Part shown: positions 22,329 through 61,623 of the stretch, in pieces
How the letters are laid out: the number at the start of each line of letters is the position of its first letter
How positions within the stretch are numbered: the stretch's first letter is position 1
Origin: Saccostrea cucullata
Lineage: Eukaryota
Reading direction: 5' to 3'
Assembly (NCBI RefSeq): GCF_032062105.1
Contig: NW_026940030.1
Location: 248,001 to 312,000, forward strand
Length of the DNA stretch: 64,000 nucleotides
Made by a program: the position numbers and the translations under genes
Notes under the pieces: generated by a model
The model's input: the letters and a program-made list of their open reading frames with translations, nothing else
The model's database searches: none
What the model was told of the DNA's origin: nothing

Positions 22329-25130
22329 TTAAAAAAATTCTTTTAAATTGTTCGCCAGTGAAGTATTTCGGATAAAGACATCAATGTGAGCTTTACAGGC
22401 ATATTCCATTTACTTAGTGCTAAAAGGCTTCTTAAAATATTATTATTCTTTGATACTCTGCAAAAAAAACTTGTTATCAGATATTTCATTGTTTGATCAT
22501 TGTTGATATTTTTGTTACAAAGGCATTCTTATTTTAGCATTTATACAGTCTGTTGTTATTGAAACTTACATGTAGTTGTAGCTTTTGCATCTCTTTTTTC
22601 ATAAAGTGGCAACCATTTGCATCTGTTTTTACCCATACAAGTAAATGAGCTTGTATTTGTAATGTTTTATAAATTTAAATTGTAATTAGAATATTCATAT
22701 TTTCTTTTAAAACCGAACCCACATACGCTTGCCATTGCTGTAGCTTAATAGTTTTCAGGCTTCAATGGGAATATACATGTATATAAATATTACCATTATT
22801 AAGCTGCGATTTGGATAGTGTCATCGTTGTTTGATGTCATTCATATATTCATCAGCGGAAATCTTGGGATCATGAAATGTATTTACCTCGAAGTTGAACA
22901 GGCTGTTGTGGGTCTAAATTGAACTATGCAATAAAATTTCTTGTCTGGCTTGGTGAAATTTGCATGTAAGCACTACCCATTTAGCTCTTTCAGTTGGCAT
23001 GGTGTGTAGGTAGCATTCATTCATACAGGCCTCGGTAGGAATCGTAAATTTCTTTTAATCCATCAGGGTTTTGAGAGGTTTCTCAGCTATAACACTTTTG
23101 AATTTTTTGGGTAAAAGATTTGAGCTTTCTATGATTTTTCGTCTTTGTTGCTTGCACATAAAAAAAAAACATGTCAACATAGAAATGATGAGACCTCTGA
23201 AGTTGTCAGGTAATCTGATCAGCGAGTGATTTGATCCACTTAGTGGTGATGACTACACTTTATAAAAGGAGTTCTAGTGTCGATATAGATACATATTTGT
23301 TGTGTACATAGAATTATGTATTCTCACAGTTGTATTGCTAATTGTGTTATTGAGATTTATTGTATAACATTATTTTGTCTAATTTCCTTATAAAGGTCAT
23401 GGTCAAATTCTAGATTCTGTCAGTTTTTAGTGACAGCATATGTGCCATTTGTACTAGCTAATTAGAATGGCATGTTAATATTTAGATACAGGTTATAACA
23501 ATTGTGGTAGTTTAGAGTATCAGTAATGTACACAATTCAATGGAGAATTGAAGGGCTGCTCACTATCATATCAAGCATGGTTCTGTTGAGCTTGATACTA
23601 ATTTTATAATTTCCACTTCGATGAATGTAATCACATATTGTATAATTTATGAAGGATTTCAAGTATTGTTTTTTTTTTTTTAAGTGGCAGGTATGCATTT
23701 ATGCATTTTTCATGTGGTTATTATTACCAAATTAAATATTTCCTAATAATTGCATGGTGTAATAAACTTAACATTAATTTTCATTCTGATTATTTAGTGC
23801 TTATGGTCCAGAATTCCTTACAGAGTTATATCTTTTTTTCCCTTCACTGTTTTGATATTTCAATCTTTATCCTTATACCCCCATATATTTATATATGTGT
23901 CAGAGAAAATTTTAGTGCTTTGTATGAAAATAATCACCTGTAACCTTGGTAACAAATTTCTTGATGAATTGATTTTGCTGGAATTGTGTATGTGTATGGG
24001 ATTGAAGTGGAGTGTGATATGTATTTGAAGCAAGAGCTTACGGACCTGTATATTGTTACATGATGTGTTGTTGTTACTTCTTTCACATTATTTGTGTCAA
24101 TTGTAATGCGTTATTTTCTGCATTATATGTATTTTTGATTAGAAAAAAAATTAAAAACGTAAAACTTAAAAAAAAAAAAGCGAAAGGAAAATTTTTTTTT
24201 GTTTGCTATGTATATAGTTATTTATGTACAGTATCAAGATAGCTTCCCTGTTATTATTATATATATGATTGTGTTCACCGATATGTTGAAATTTTCTGTA
24301 TTAATGAATATCTTATAATCATGAAGGAGATTTTATGAATCAAAGAAAGTTAATGTGTAACTACATGGAGAATGAATGTACATGTACATTTTGTTAATTA
24401 TTGATTTGTACAATAGAAATGTACTCTGCACTTTAAGCAATTCTGTTTTTAGATGAACATTTTAATCCCTTTTTGCCAACCATTTGTTTATTCTGAAATA
24501 CTGTTTGGACTTTATATTGTCTAAAAAATCAGTAAAACCAAGATAATTCTTATATTTTATGTAACTGTACATATAAAACAAAATTTCCTTTTACAAGATT
24601 ATGCAATTTGAAAATTTGCTGTAAAACACAAAACCCAGTGATAGTAGATCATCACCACCATATGCTAATCTTGAGATCATTCTGTCTGTGGGATTAAACC
24701 AAGGGAGTATAACATTTCCCATAATTATTCTTATTTGTTTCACTATTCTTGTACATGTATCATCCATTATGATTATAATGATTGGTGTATTAGGTCTTTT
24801 TGTTAATTTTTCTGATGGATTAAATGGATTTATTTCATTTTTATATTGTATTTCAGAGTAAAACCCTGCTATGAAAAAAAATGATGCAATGATTAATTCA
24901 AGGTTGTTCAATATTTAGGAAAGGAAATGGCAATTTTTGAGCAAAAACTAATATTGTGATTGAAACCTAGGTGCTTTAAGTTTCCTTTTTGTACAGTTTA
25001 CATACATTATTGTGGATGGGTGAATAGCCAGCATTAACTACTGTAAGTCCATGCTGTATGTTTTTGTTGCTTATAACTATTATTTCCATAGTTAGTAGAC
25101 ACTATCAGAAGAAATAAAAAAAAAATTCCA
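22329..25130 (+). other. Probable LARP1 3' UTR (~2.8 kb)
   Basis: T-rich sequence with no recognisable repeats, many TGTA motifs, AATAAA at 25113-25118 just before the repeat-rich intergenic region. The end is not certain. Confidence 0.5.
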
Positions 25131-25205
25131 AAAAGAAAAACTTCAAATGGGTATTCATGTTTTTCATTTCATGAAGTAATAGTTATCATTCAGAAAAGTC
25201 TGTCG

Positions 25206-26041
25206 TTGTCAACACATAATTCCAGTTGTGTGTGAATTAAAGAGTCCACATTGTGGTTAAGTTGAGATGGAATTCAGGAAACACTGGATAAACGTCATCG
25301 CTGGTGATGAGAAATGTGGCAAGTTCATCTTTATAATGGTGATTTTGGTAATGTACACAATACGTTGAACTGTTGCTCTCCGAAAAAAAATGTTTTGACA
25401 GACTGGAGAGCTACAGTGCCACACATTGAAAAAACTATATTTATTGCACGCAAAAAGTGTACTGTTACTTGATTTATTTTTCCATGTTTTTAAACTGTCA
25501 TCTCAAAATATTACTATTAACCGCGTGTTCCTAACATATTATTTTACTTATTCCACAACAAAACATCCATTAAAATTGTTGTTAATAGCCTTCCTGGCCC
25601 TGAAATCAAGTTATCTTCAGGAAATTTTGTCGACACATAATTCCAGTTGTGTGTGAATTAAAGAGTCCACATTGTGGTTAAGTTGAGATGGAATTCAGGA
25701 AACACTGGATAAGCGTCATCGCTGGTGATGAAAAATGTGACAAGGTCATCTTTATAATGGTGATTTTGGTAATGTACACAATACGTACCTATTGCTATCC
25801 GAAAAAAAATGTTTTGACGTTCGAGAGCTACATTACATTTGAAAAAACTATATTTATTGCGCACAAAAAATGTACTGTTACTTGATTTATTTCTCCATGT
25901 TTTTAAACTGTCATCTCAAAATATTACTATTAACCGTGTGTTCCTAACATATTATTTTACTTATTCCACAACAAAACATTCATTAAAATTGTTGTTAATA
26001 GTCTTCATGGCCCTGAAATCAAGATCTTCGAAAATTTTGTC
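25206..26041. repeat. Tandem duplication, ~421-bp unit x2
   Basis: TTGTC(A/G)ACACATAATTCCAGTTGTGTGTGAATTAAAGAGTCC begins at 25206 and at 25627; the copies are highly similar throughout. Confidence 0.92.
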
Positions 26042-26129
26042 TATTTATACTGCCCCTTTGGTTTGCAAGATCATTTGGTCCAACTTGCTTCCTGCAGATG
26101 TCAACTTCAAGAGTACTTGAAAGAGGATT

Positions 26130-26661
26130 AAGGAATTTTTGATTTTTTTCAGTCATTGAGTCCTCTACCAAAACTTTGAAAATTTTTCATGGCTGCCCCT
26201 TTGGTTTGCAAGATCATTTGGTCCAACTAGGGTGGGGCTAGATGTCAACTTATATAGTGAAAAGCATTAATTTTTGAAATCTATCTTTTTTCCTGGGTAT
26301 CAAATAAACTAACTAAGTACATAGTTATGTTCGCCGCACGTTAACATTTGAACATTTTCAGCTTCTTCTCTGAAACCACTGAACAAATTTCAACCAATTT
26401 TGGCATATAGCATCTATAGGTGAAGGGGAACAAAAATTGTGATTTTCATGGTCCCTGTCCCCCTGGGGATGGGTCGATGGGGCCAAAACCATTAAAATTA
26501 GTGCAATCTTTTAAAATCTTCTTCTTTACTCCTGGACATCAAGCAGTCAAACTGTTGGAATGATTGTTATCAGCATTGAGTCCTCTACCAAAATTGTGAA
26601 ATTCATGGCCCCAGGGTCAGGGGTTCTAGTGCTAGGGCAGGGCTATATTGATTATATAGTG

Positions 26662-26695
<34 letters not shown>

Positions 26696-27540
26696 GTTCC
26701 TGAGTATCAAATAAACTAAATAAGTACATAGTTATAATGAGCAAGAGTGTCTCTTCTAAAATTGTGAATTTTGTGGGCCCAGGCTCAGGGGTTCTGGTGT
26801 TAGGGTGGGGCTCTATTGATTACACATGTGTATAGTGAAAAATGCATTAATTTTTTTGAAAATCTTTTTATGTGCTCCTGAGTATTAAATAAACTAACTT
26901 AGTACATAGTTATGATGAGCAAGAGTGCCCCTATCAAAATTTTGAATTTGGCTCCAGGGTCAAGGGTTCTGGTGTTAGGGCGGGGCTGTATAGTGATTAT
27001 AAAGTGAAAATATATTATTTGAAAATCTTCTTCTCTGCTCCTGGGTAATAAACAGATGAACTACTGTACCTATATAGATATGATTTGCAAGGGTTCTTCT
27101 TCCAGATTGTGAATTTCCAGGCCCCTGAGTCAGGAATACCATGGGGGGGGGTCTACTTATATACTGAAAATGAATTGTTTGAAATCTGCTCCATGGTATT
27201 AATCAAACATTTTTGATAAGGAAGTGTGCTGTTTCAAAAGTTTTGCAATATGTGGACCTAGGTTCAGGGGTTCATGTGTGATAGGGGCACTTCTGATTAT
27301 TGCTGAATATTACTGATTAGTTGATATGCATTTTTTGTTCCCCTACCCTGCCTATGGGTATTAAGGAGGCTAAGTAACCAAACCAATTGCTAAGCTCATA
27401 GTTATGATTAGCAATGGTGCCAACCTCTTTCAAAATTGTGAATCCCATAGCATCTACCTTAAAACATAAACCAAATTCTATCATTTGAAAGTTGTTGCAT
27501 GATTCTCAGGTGACCTATAAGGCCCATGGGCCTCTTGTTT
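26130..27540 (-). mobile_element. HINE/Helentron-like element with ~180-bp internal satellite array
   Basis: Right end CTCAGGTG...GGCCCATGGGCCTCTTGTTT is the reverse complement of the left end of 35299-36629; 5-6 diverged units (GAAAATCTTCTTCT...GGGGTTCTGGTGTTAGGG). Left boundary approximate. Confidence 0.75.
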
Positions 27541-28283
27541 ACGATTGAGGTAAGAATTTGGAAGAATAAATCCAGTATACTAAGCGCAACTTTTTGTGCA
27601 CAATAAATGTACAGTTTTTACAACGGTGGCACTGTAGCTCTGCAGTCTGTCAATATATTTTTTTCGGAGAGCTTACAGTTCTGCAGCTAGGTTATCACTG
27701 GTGATTGTTGTACATGAAGGACCAAATTTTCAATAATGATTGGTATATGAAGTAATATCTGGTGATTGTGGTACACGGATTGGGGGGATCCGACTGTCTA
27801 ATTAAAACAAAGCATTGGGATGGCCATCACCTGGTGTTGATGGAATGTGATTTCGACTGAAAAAACCCCCGGTATATTTATTGTCGGAAAAAGTGAAAAA
27901 TGTCACCACCCTAAAAATTTCCACGTGAAGAAAAATTTGAAAAATGACTCATGTGGATTAAAGCTGAAATTTTTAGGGGGCAAAAAAAAATTAGATAAAA
28001 AAAGCATATTGACCAAAATGCTTACCTGAGCTAATTAGGAATAAATTGATGATATATTTGTTGATCTCATAACATTATACAATTATAGTTATATTTTAAG
28101 GTCAATGCGATGATTCAGTGAGTAATTTTAAGTGACTTATGAGGTAAACATTGTTTTACGATGGTGGAAATCATGGAACTGGAAAAAAAATCAGCAGTAT
28201 TATTATATATAATTATACTGGTGAAAAACGGGAGGGTATATATGATTACTGGTGATTGCTTTGGTACACTCCTCTTATATATA

Positions 28284-28963
28284 AAAAGATGTGTTTGTGA
28301 AACAACAATGCCCCTGTATGGCAACATAGCTAAGATTAAACTTTTCTTAAACGCAATTTAAATATATTGGTACCCAAATTAGGGTCTTCTCACAAGAAAT
28401 ACAATTACAAAATAGAAAAGCCCTAGCACCACTTGTTCAAAAGTAATGGCTAAGGATAAGATTTTTGAAAGGTAGGTCAAACTCAAAGTTCAAAGGGTCA
28501 AAGTTGATGTTTTTTTAAGAAAGGTTTAATGAAACAAGGATTACGTATGTGAAGTATGAAAACCCTGCCCTTCATTCAAAAGTTATGGCCAAGGTTACAG
28601 TTTTTTTCAAGAACCATCTCCAAGGTGGTCAAAGTTTTTAGTATCCAATGACAGGTCATGGCAAAAAAAAATACATTTGTGAAGTATGTGACATGATCAT
28701 TACCGTTTGAAAGTTATGGCAAAAGTAAAAATTTGGCATTTCTGTGTAAAATGACAAACTCCAAGGTAAAGGTCAAAAGGTCAAATTTTTGGTACCCAAA
28801 GGAAGGTCTTGTCACAAGGAATACACATATTAAATATGAAAGTCATAGCTCCAATAAATGAAAAGTTATGGTCAAGGTTAAAGTTTTTACATGACAGACT
28901 GGTGATTGACAGACATACAGACAGACACGATTACTATATAATCTTGATTACGGGGACATAAAA
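28284..28963 (+). mobile_element. HINE-like element with AAGGTCAA-rich internal repeats
   Basis: AAGATGTGTTTGTGAAACA...ATGCCCC start; repeated AAAGTTATGG.CAAGGT modules; (GACA)n-like microsatellite; GGGGACATAAAAA end. Confidence 0.65.
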
Positions 28964-30221
28964 AGAAATGGTTTTCAATTAACTTTTCATATTATGATAC
29001 AGTATAAAGACATGATCAAAAATGAAAATGTTTGTTCTGATTTTCATATTAAATTCATGAAAAATATACTCAGTGATAAAAGGGTGGTAAAACAAGAATT
29101 AAGAAATGTAATGAATACTGTGTGCTAAATCAAAAGGTTATGTCTACATGTATAGTTTTTGCATAAGAATGTGTATTTTACACTAGCCCATAGCTTTACA
29201 GAGCATATTTTTAGGTGTTATACCCATTCCACCCCCTTACTTATTTAGGAAGAAGTCGATTATCAACAAAAGCAACAAAAAAAAAACAAACAAACTACCC
29301 TACCTTTATTTTTCTACAAGGAGGGACTAAAAATAAGCTTAAAATAATCTACTATTCAACTAATTTTCAACTGTTACTTTGCCACAATACTTTCAAGTAT
29401 ATCTCACTTGAAAATGTTCATTGCAAGTCTGGTTGTTGTACCGAAAAAGATATAAAAAGATTATGTATTTGCAAAGATTTAAAATATCTTTAATCATATA
29501 GTGATAGTCTGCATGTATAGGATGGAATATATAAAAAAATATACAGCATCGAGGGTGTCATCCGTTTCACTTTTACATGTCATGAAACCTTATTGATTGA
29601 ACAAATTACTTATTTGCACATGATATTATTCCGTCTGCTACAAATTTCTACTTTTTCCCAACACTGAAACAACGTATCAATGGAGTCAGTGAAAAAAAAA
29701 ATATATTCATAAATTTCATCTGTGCGTTTGATCCATTTACATGTGATCTTTGATTTTCTAGGTTTGCTCCTTTATCAGAGAAATGAAGATTAATTGATTG
29801 ATTGTAAATTGCATAAAACTGAGTTGTCAATATTTCGGCAGAGAGAATGTGGAACTTTATTTATACGTGCTAGCCTAAGAAGAACAATGATAATAACTGA
29901 ACAAATGCATGAATTGTGAAGAAAAATTATAATATGAACATATTTTTCCCTTTCACACCTGTTATAAAATTTGTATCACTTTAATTAAAGGGGGTCATTT
30001 TTACTGGGGGTGATTGTGTTATAGGATGACATATAAAATAATGACTATGTGATTGTGGTACAAAAAATGATTTTTTTTACGGGTGGGGGGTCATTTTTTG
30101 TCGTTGAAAAATGACCCCCGGTCATTATTCGATGGGGGTCATTATTCGTCTTTACACCGTCACCTGGTGTTGATGGAATGTGATTTCTGTAAAAACTGTA
30201 TATTTATTGTCAAAGTGAACG

Positions 30222-31372
30222 TGACATGGTCATTTCCAGTGAATGTAGTATTTGACATGATCATTGCTGGTGATTGTGGTACATGACATGATCATAACTG
30301 GTGATTGTGGTATGGGACATGATCAATACTGGTGATCGTGGTATGTGACATGATCATTACTGGTGATTGTGGTATGTGACATGATCATTACTGGTGACTA
30401 GTTCATATGATTACAGGTGATTGTGGTACATTTAAACATGATGTGATTGTTAATGGTATCTGACATGATCATTACTTGTGAAAATGGTGCATGACATGAT
30501 CATTACTGGTGATTGTAGTACAGATCTTGATCATGTAATTGGTGATTGTGGTACTGGCGATTGTGATATGTGTCATGATCATTACGGATGACTATGGTAC
30601 ATGACGTGATCATTACTGGTGATTGTGGTACATGACAAGAATATTTCCGGTGATCGTGGTACCTGACATTATCATTGTTCATAATTGTGGTATGTGACAT
30701 GATCATTACTCATGATTGTGGTACATGACATGATCATTGCTGATGACTGTGCATGATCATTTTTGGTAAATGTGGAACATTTAATGATCATTGCTAGTAT
30801 TTTGATATCTGACATGATGACTGGTGATTGTGATACGTGACATGATTACTGGTAATTGTGGGTACTTGACATGATCATTACTGGTGATTGTGGTACATGA
30901 CATGATCATAACTGATGATTGTGATATGTGACATGATCATTACTGGTGATTGTGGCATGTGACATGATCATTACTGGTGATTGTGGTACATGACATGATC
31001 ATTAATGGTGATTGTGGTACATGACATGATCATAACTGGTGATTGTGGTATGGACATGATCATTACTGTGACATGATGACTGGTGTGTGGTATGTGACAT
31101 GAACATTACTGGTGATTGTGGAACATGACATGATCACTACTGGTGATTGTGGTACATGACATGATCACTACTGGTGATTGTGGTACCTGACATGATCATA
31201 ACTGGTGATTGTGGTACATGACTTGATCATGATTGGTGATTGTGGTACATGACATGATCATTACTGGTGATTTGGTTCAGGATTATTACTGGTGATTGTG
31301 GTACATGACATGATCATTTCCAGTGAATGTAGTATTTGACATGATCATTACTTGTGATTGTGGTGACATGAT
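30222..31372. repeat. 31-bp minisatellite, ~36 copies
   Basis: Consensus TGACATGATCATTACTGGTGATTGTGGTACA (units at 30253 and 30284); resumes at 32144-32235. Confidence 0.95.
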
Positions 31373-32143
31373 TACCTTGAACCATGTTTCTAGGGTCAAA
31401 GGTCAAGGTCATAGCAGAATTATATGAAAAATCTTTGTCCGGATCATACTCTCTCTTTGGCCCAAGTTGGCTCGTATTTCACCCACAGAGTGCCTGTGCA
31501 GTGACCTTGAACCATGTTTCTAGGTCAAAGGTCAAGGTCATAGCAGTATCATATGAAAAATCCTTGTCCACATCATATTTTCTCTCTCCTTGGCCCAATC
31601 TGGCTCATACTTCACTCAGAGTGCCTTTGGGTGAAAGATGTGCAGTGACCTTGAACCATGTTTCAAGGCCGAAGGTTAAGACCGTAGCAGAATTATGTGA
31701 AAATCCTTGTTTAGAGCATATTTCTCTCCTATTAATCCAATGTTGCTCATACTTCACTCACAGAGTGCCTTTGGTCAGTGAATACGCAGTGACCTTGAAC
31801 AAAGTTTCTAGGTCAAAGGTCAAGGTCAAAAATAGCCTCTCTTTAAAGTCTTTGTTTGCTGCATAATTTTTTCCCCTTAATTCCACTCAGCCTCAAACAA
31901 ATTGACTGGATATGGAACATTTGTGATTTTCCTTCCATATTATGATAGAAGATATGCAACACTTTTCATAGAGGATACATTTCTTAATTTTTTAATTGTA
32001 TTATTTTTCAGGGAGTAATTCTTTTTGTCCCTTTTAATCTCAAACACCTTCAAAATAAACCCTTTTCAGCTAGTTACATTTTTTATGTTCATTGCTTAAA
32101 GCGGGGCCCTTTGAGATGGCCACCATCTCAATGATATCTAGTT
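31373..32143 (-). mobile_element. Truncated HINE-like element with ~144-bp repeats, inserted into the minisatellite
   Basis: GTGACCTTGAAC at 31501, 31645 and 31789; right end GAGATGGCCACCATCTC...ATCTAGTT (reverse complement AACTAGAT plus hairpin). Confidence 0.7.
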
Positions 32144-32235
32144 ATTGGTGATTGTGGTACATGACATGATCATTACTGATGATTTTGGTACCTGACATGA
32201 TCATTACTGGTGATTGTGGTACTTGACATGATCAT
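32144..32235. repeat. 31-bp minisatellite, distal 3 copies
   Basis: Same unit as 30222-31372. Confidence 0.9.
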
Positions 32236-32398
32236 ATATTATGATAAGTACACTTGTATGTTTTTCAAGAAAGTAAGAATATTTAGGTAAAGATTTATTA
32301 CATTGTATTTAATTGTCTGTGTGCTATGAATAATCCTGCAAACTTTCTGACTGAAGTGCTATGAATAATCTTCCTGATTTAATCAGAAGACAACCTAG

Positions 32399-32609
32399 TA
32401 CTGTAAATCACTTTTTATTCGTGAGAACTTTATTTTCGCGTAATTACGCGAGAAGGTATGCTCGCGAAAATGTCATACTTACGTATAAAAGAATTCCTAA
32501 AGATTATATAGAAAATTACCACAATTCGTGAAAATTTTGTCTCGCTAATAAAGAGTCAATGGCTATCTCACGAAAATAAGGTGTCGCGAAAATGAAGTGA
32601 TCTACAGTA
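32399..32609. mobile_element. TA-flanked MITE
   Basis: TACTGTAAATCACTT...AAGTGATCTACAGTA; internal CGCGAAAAT repeats. Confidence 0.82.
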
Positions 32610-34819
32610 TGTTAGCAAGAATTTCTATTTTGGAAGTATGGAATATAGGCCTATACTAATGTTCCAATCCACTCCCAAAATTCTGGAAGTTTGCCTCAGA
32701 AATGAGTTTTTCCATAGACAAGTTAAAAGAGAAGTCAGAAATATTATACAGTAAACTTTATTCTTTATCCTTTAAGTTGTATTTAAACTGATGGCACATT
32801 TGTTGTATGACAATAATGTGATATTTTGCACATAAAACATGAAATGATGACACTTAACTTTGAGGCAGTGAAAAAATACAAAATTTGTAGAAGAACAGTA
32901 AAACTGGTTATTGATATAAATATGTAGTACATACATATAGATATGTAACATGTACTGCCAGTGAATAAAATATGCTGAATTGGTGGCAAATAATTAGTTT
33001 ATATAATAAGGCAATTTTTTTTCACAAGAGAAAATAATAAAATTCAAATTATGTAACAGAAGCAAAAAGTATTAAAAGTAAGTTTGAGAACAAGTTTAAA
33101 ACAATGCTTTATATCATTTTTAATAACTTTCTATTTCCAATAGATGTTTTTTTCTATAAAGTTCTAAAATTTTCCCTGTTAATAAATTTTAAAGAAACAC
33201 TTCTACCACAAAATACAATTTTCTATCGTGGCAAAAGAAAGTGTTTGAAATTAGGCACTAGCAAAACTGAACAAATGAGGTAGTGAATAGAGAGATAATT
33301 AGATTTATAATACTGTAAAGCACGAGTATACGTATAAGGAAGCTACAGCTTCAAAAGATTTTGCAACAAACAGTTCAAATGTTTCAAAAATTGAAGACAT
33401 TATAAATTTCTCACTTTTAAGGACTGAAAAATTTCCAGGTTTGATTTATTTCAACCAAAAAATGGCTTATGCATAACATTTTAACACTTTAAGTGTCAAA
33501 GTATCTAACAACCTAAAAAATTATTTTCAGTGGAACTTGTCTAATGCAAATGTTGTTTTATCCCAAGATCTTGCCTATTACAATGAAAATTTATAGTTCT
33601 TAGTCTTCAGATAAATTTTCATTGTAGTAAAAATATGTAGATTATTCCAAAAGTTTGTTTTAGCTAATCACTTTCTTCAGAAACCAGTGGTGTCCAGATA
33701 TTAGGACAATGTTTCAAATAAATAATGAGAACTGGTCATACTCAAATAATAAAGATACTATATATAGCTACATTGTAAACATAGAACAGCATAACGTTAA
33801 ATATCAGCAGAACTCAAAGGATAAAAAAGTGAACAAAAACACAAATTTTGCCAACAGTTTTGAGACATCCACTACAACAAGTATTAAAAAATAAAACTTG
33901 GGACGGATTTCTATAGCAGAAAAAAATATATACATCATTTTATGACCATAAATGGGCAAATATAGTTCTGTAGAACTCAAAATATAGTTCTTAGCGAACC
34001 AAAATGCAAGACATTTATATCCCATACATTGATACGGTGAAAATTTAAAAACTATATGAATTGTAAGTCCTTTTTTTATTGGTATAATTTCTTTTAAAGG
34101 TTTTAAACATTAAGAGTATTCAGTCATTTTGAGCATACCGGTATATCTACTGAACTTAGCTTCAACTTATTTTGTCAAGTTTAACTATAAAACATTAAAA
34201 AGACAGGTAAGAGGAAAGTATCAGAACATATTTATAATTTTTTTTTCTTTCATAATTTTCTTATGACCTTTACTTGTTCTGTAACCATTAAAATTATCAA
34301 TAGGTTCAGGAGATTAACTTGGCACAACTGTAAATGATATGTTAAGGTTAATCTCGAAAAGAATATTGGTTCATAACCAAAAAGGTATTTAAAAACTAAA
34401 ATATTAATTGAAGGTTAAATTATGACCTAAATATGTATTTTTATTACTAAATAATGCTTTTGTAAAATAATAAATGTTATAGGATATGACATATGCAATA
34501 TACTGATATGCTTGTTAAATGGGTTAAGTTTAAATATACATGTATAACATAGTATGTAGAGCCTGGTGTAAAACAGATATGTAAGTCCTCAGCTAACTAT
34601 CAACACTGAACAAAAATCTCAGTCTCTTCAATGACCACTAATGAATCACAAAACTGAACATTTGGCATAAAAAAGATCAAATTACATACACCCCCCTTTC
34701 TCTTGCTCTCATAATATGCACTCTACTCATTTGAGTAAACAAACTCTCTCACTTAAAGCAAAAGCATTTTTACATAGCACAATTCATCAATGAACTCAAT
34801 TTCCAGCCACAAAATAATT

Positions 34820-61623
<26,804 letters not shown>

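Noticed and set aside
30222-31372. CRISPR-like regular repeats
   Set aside because: Head-to-tail tandem units with no unique spacers, in a eukaryotic context with no cas genes.
31384-31866. 160-aa ORF with repeated AVTLNHVSRSKVKV
   Set aside because: Arises from ~144-bp tandem units (a multiple of 3) of a non-autonomous element; no domain homology recognised.
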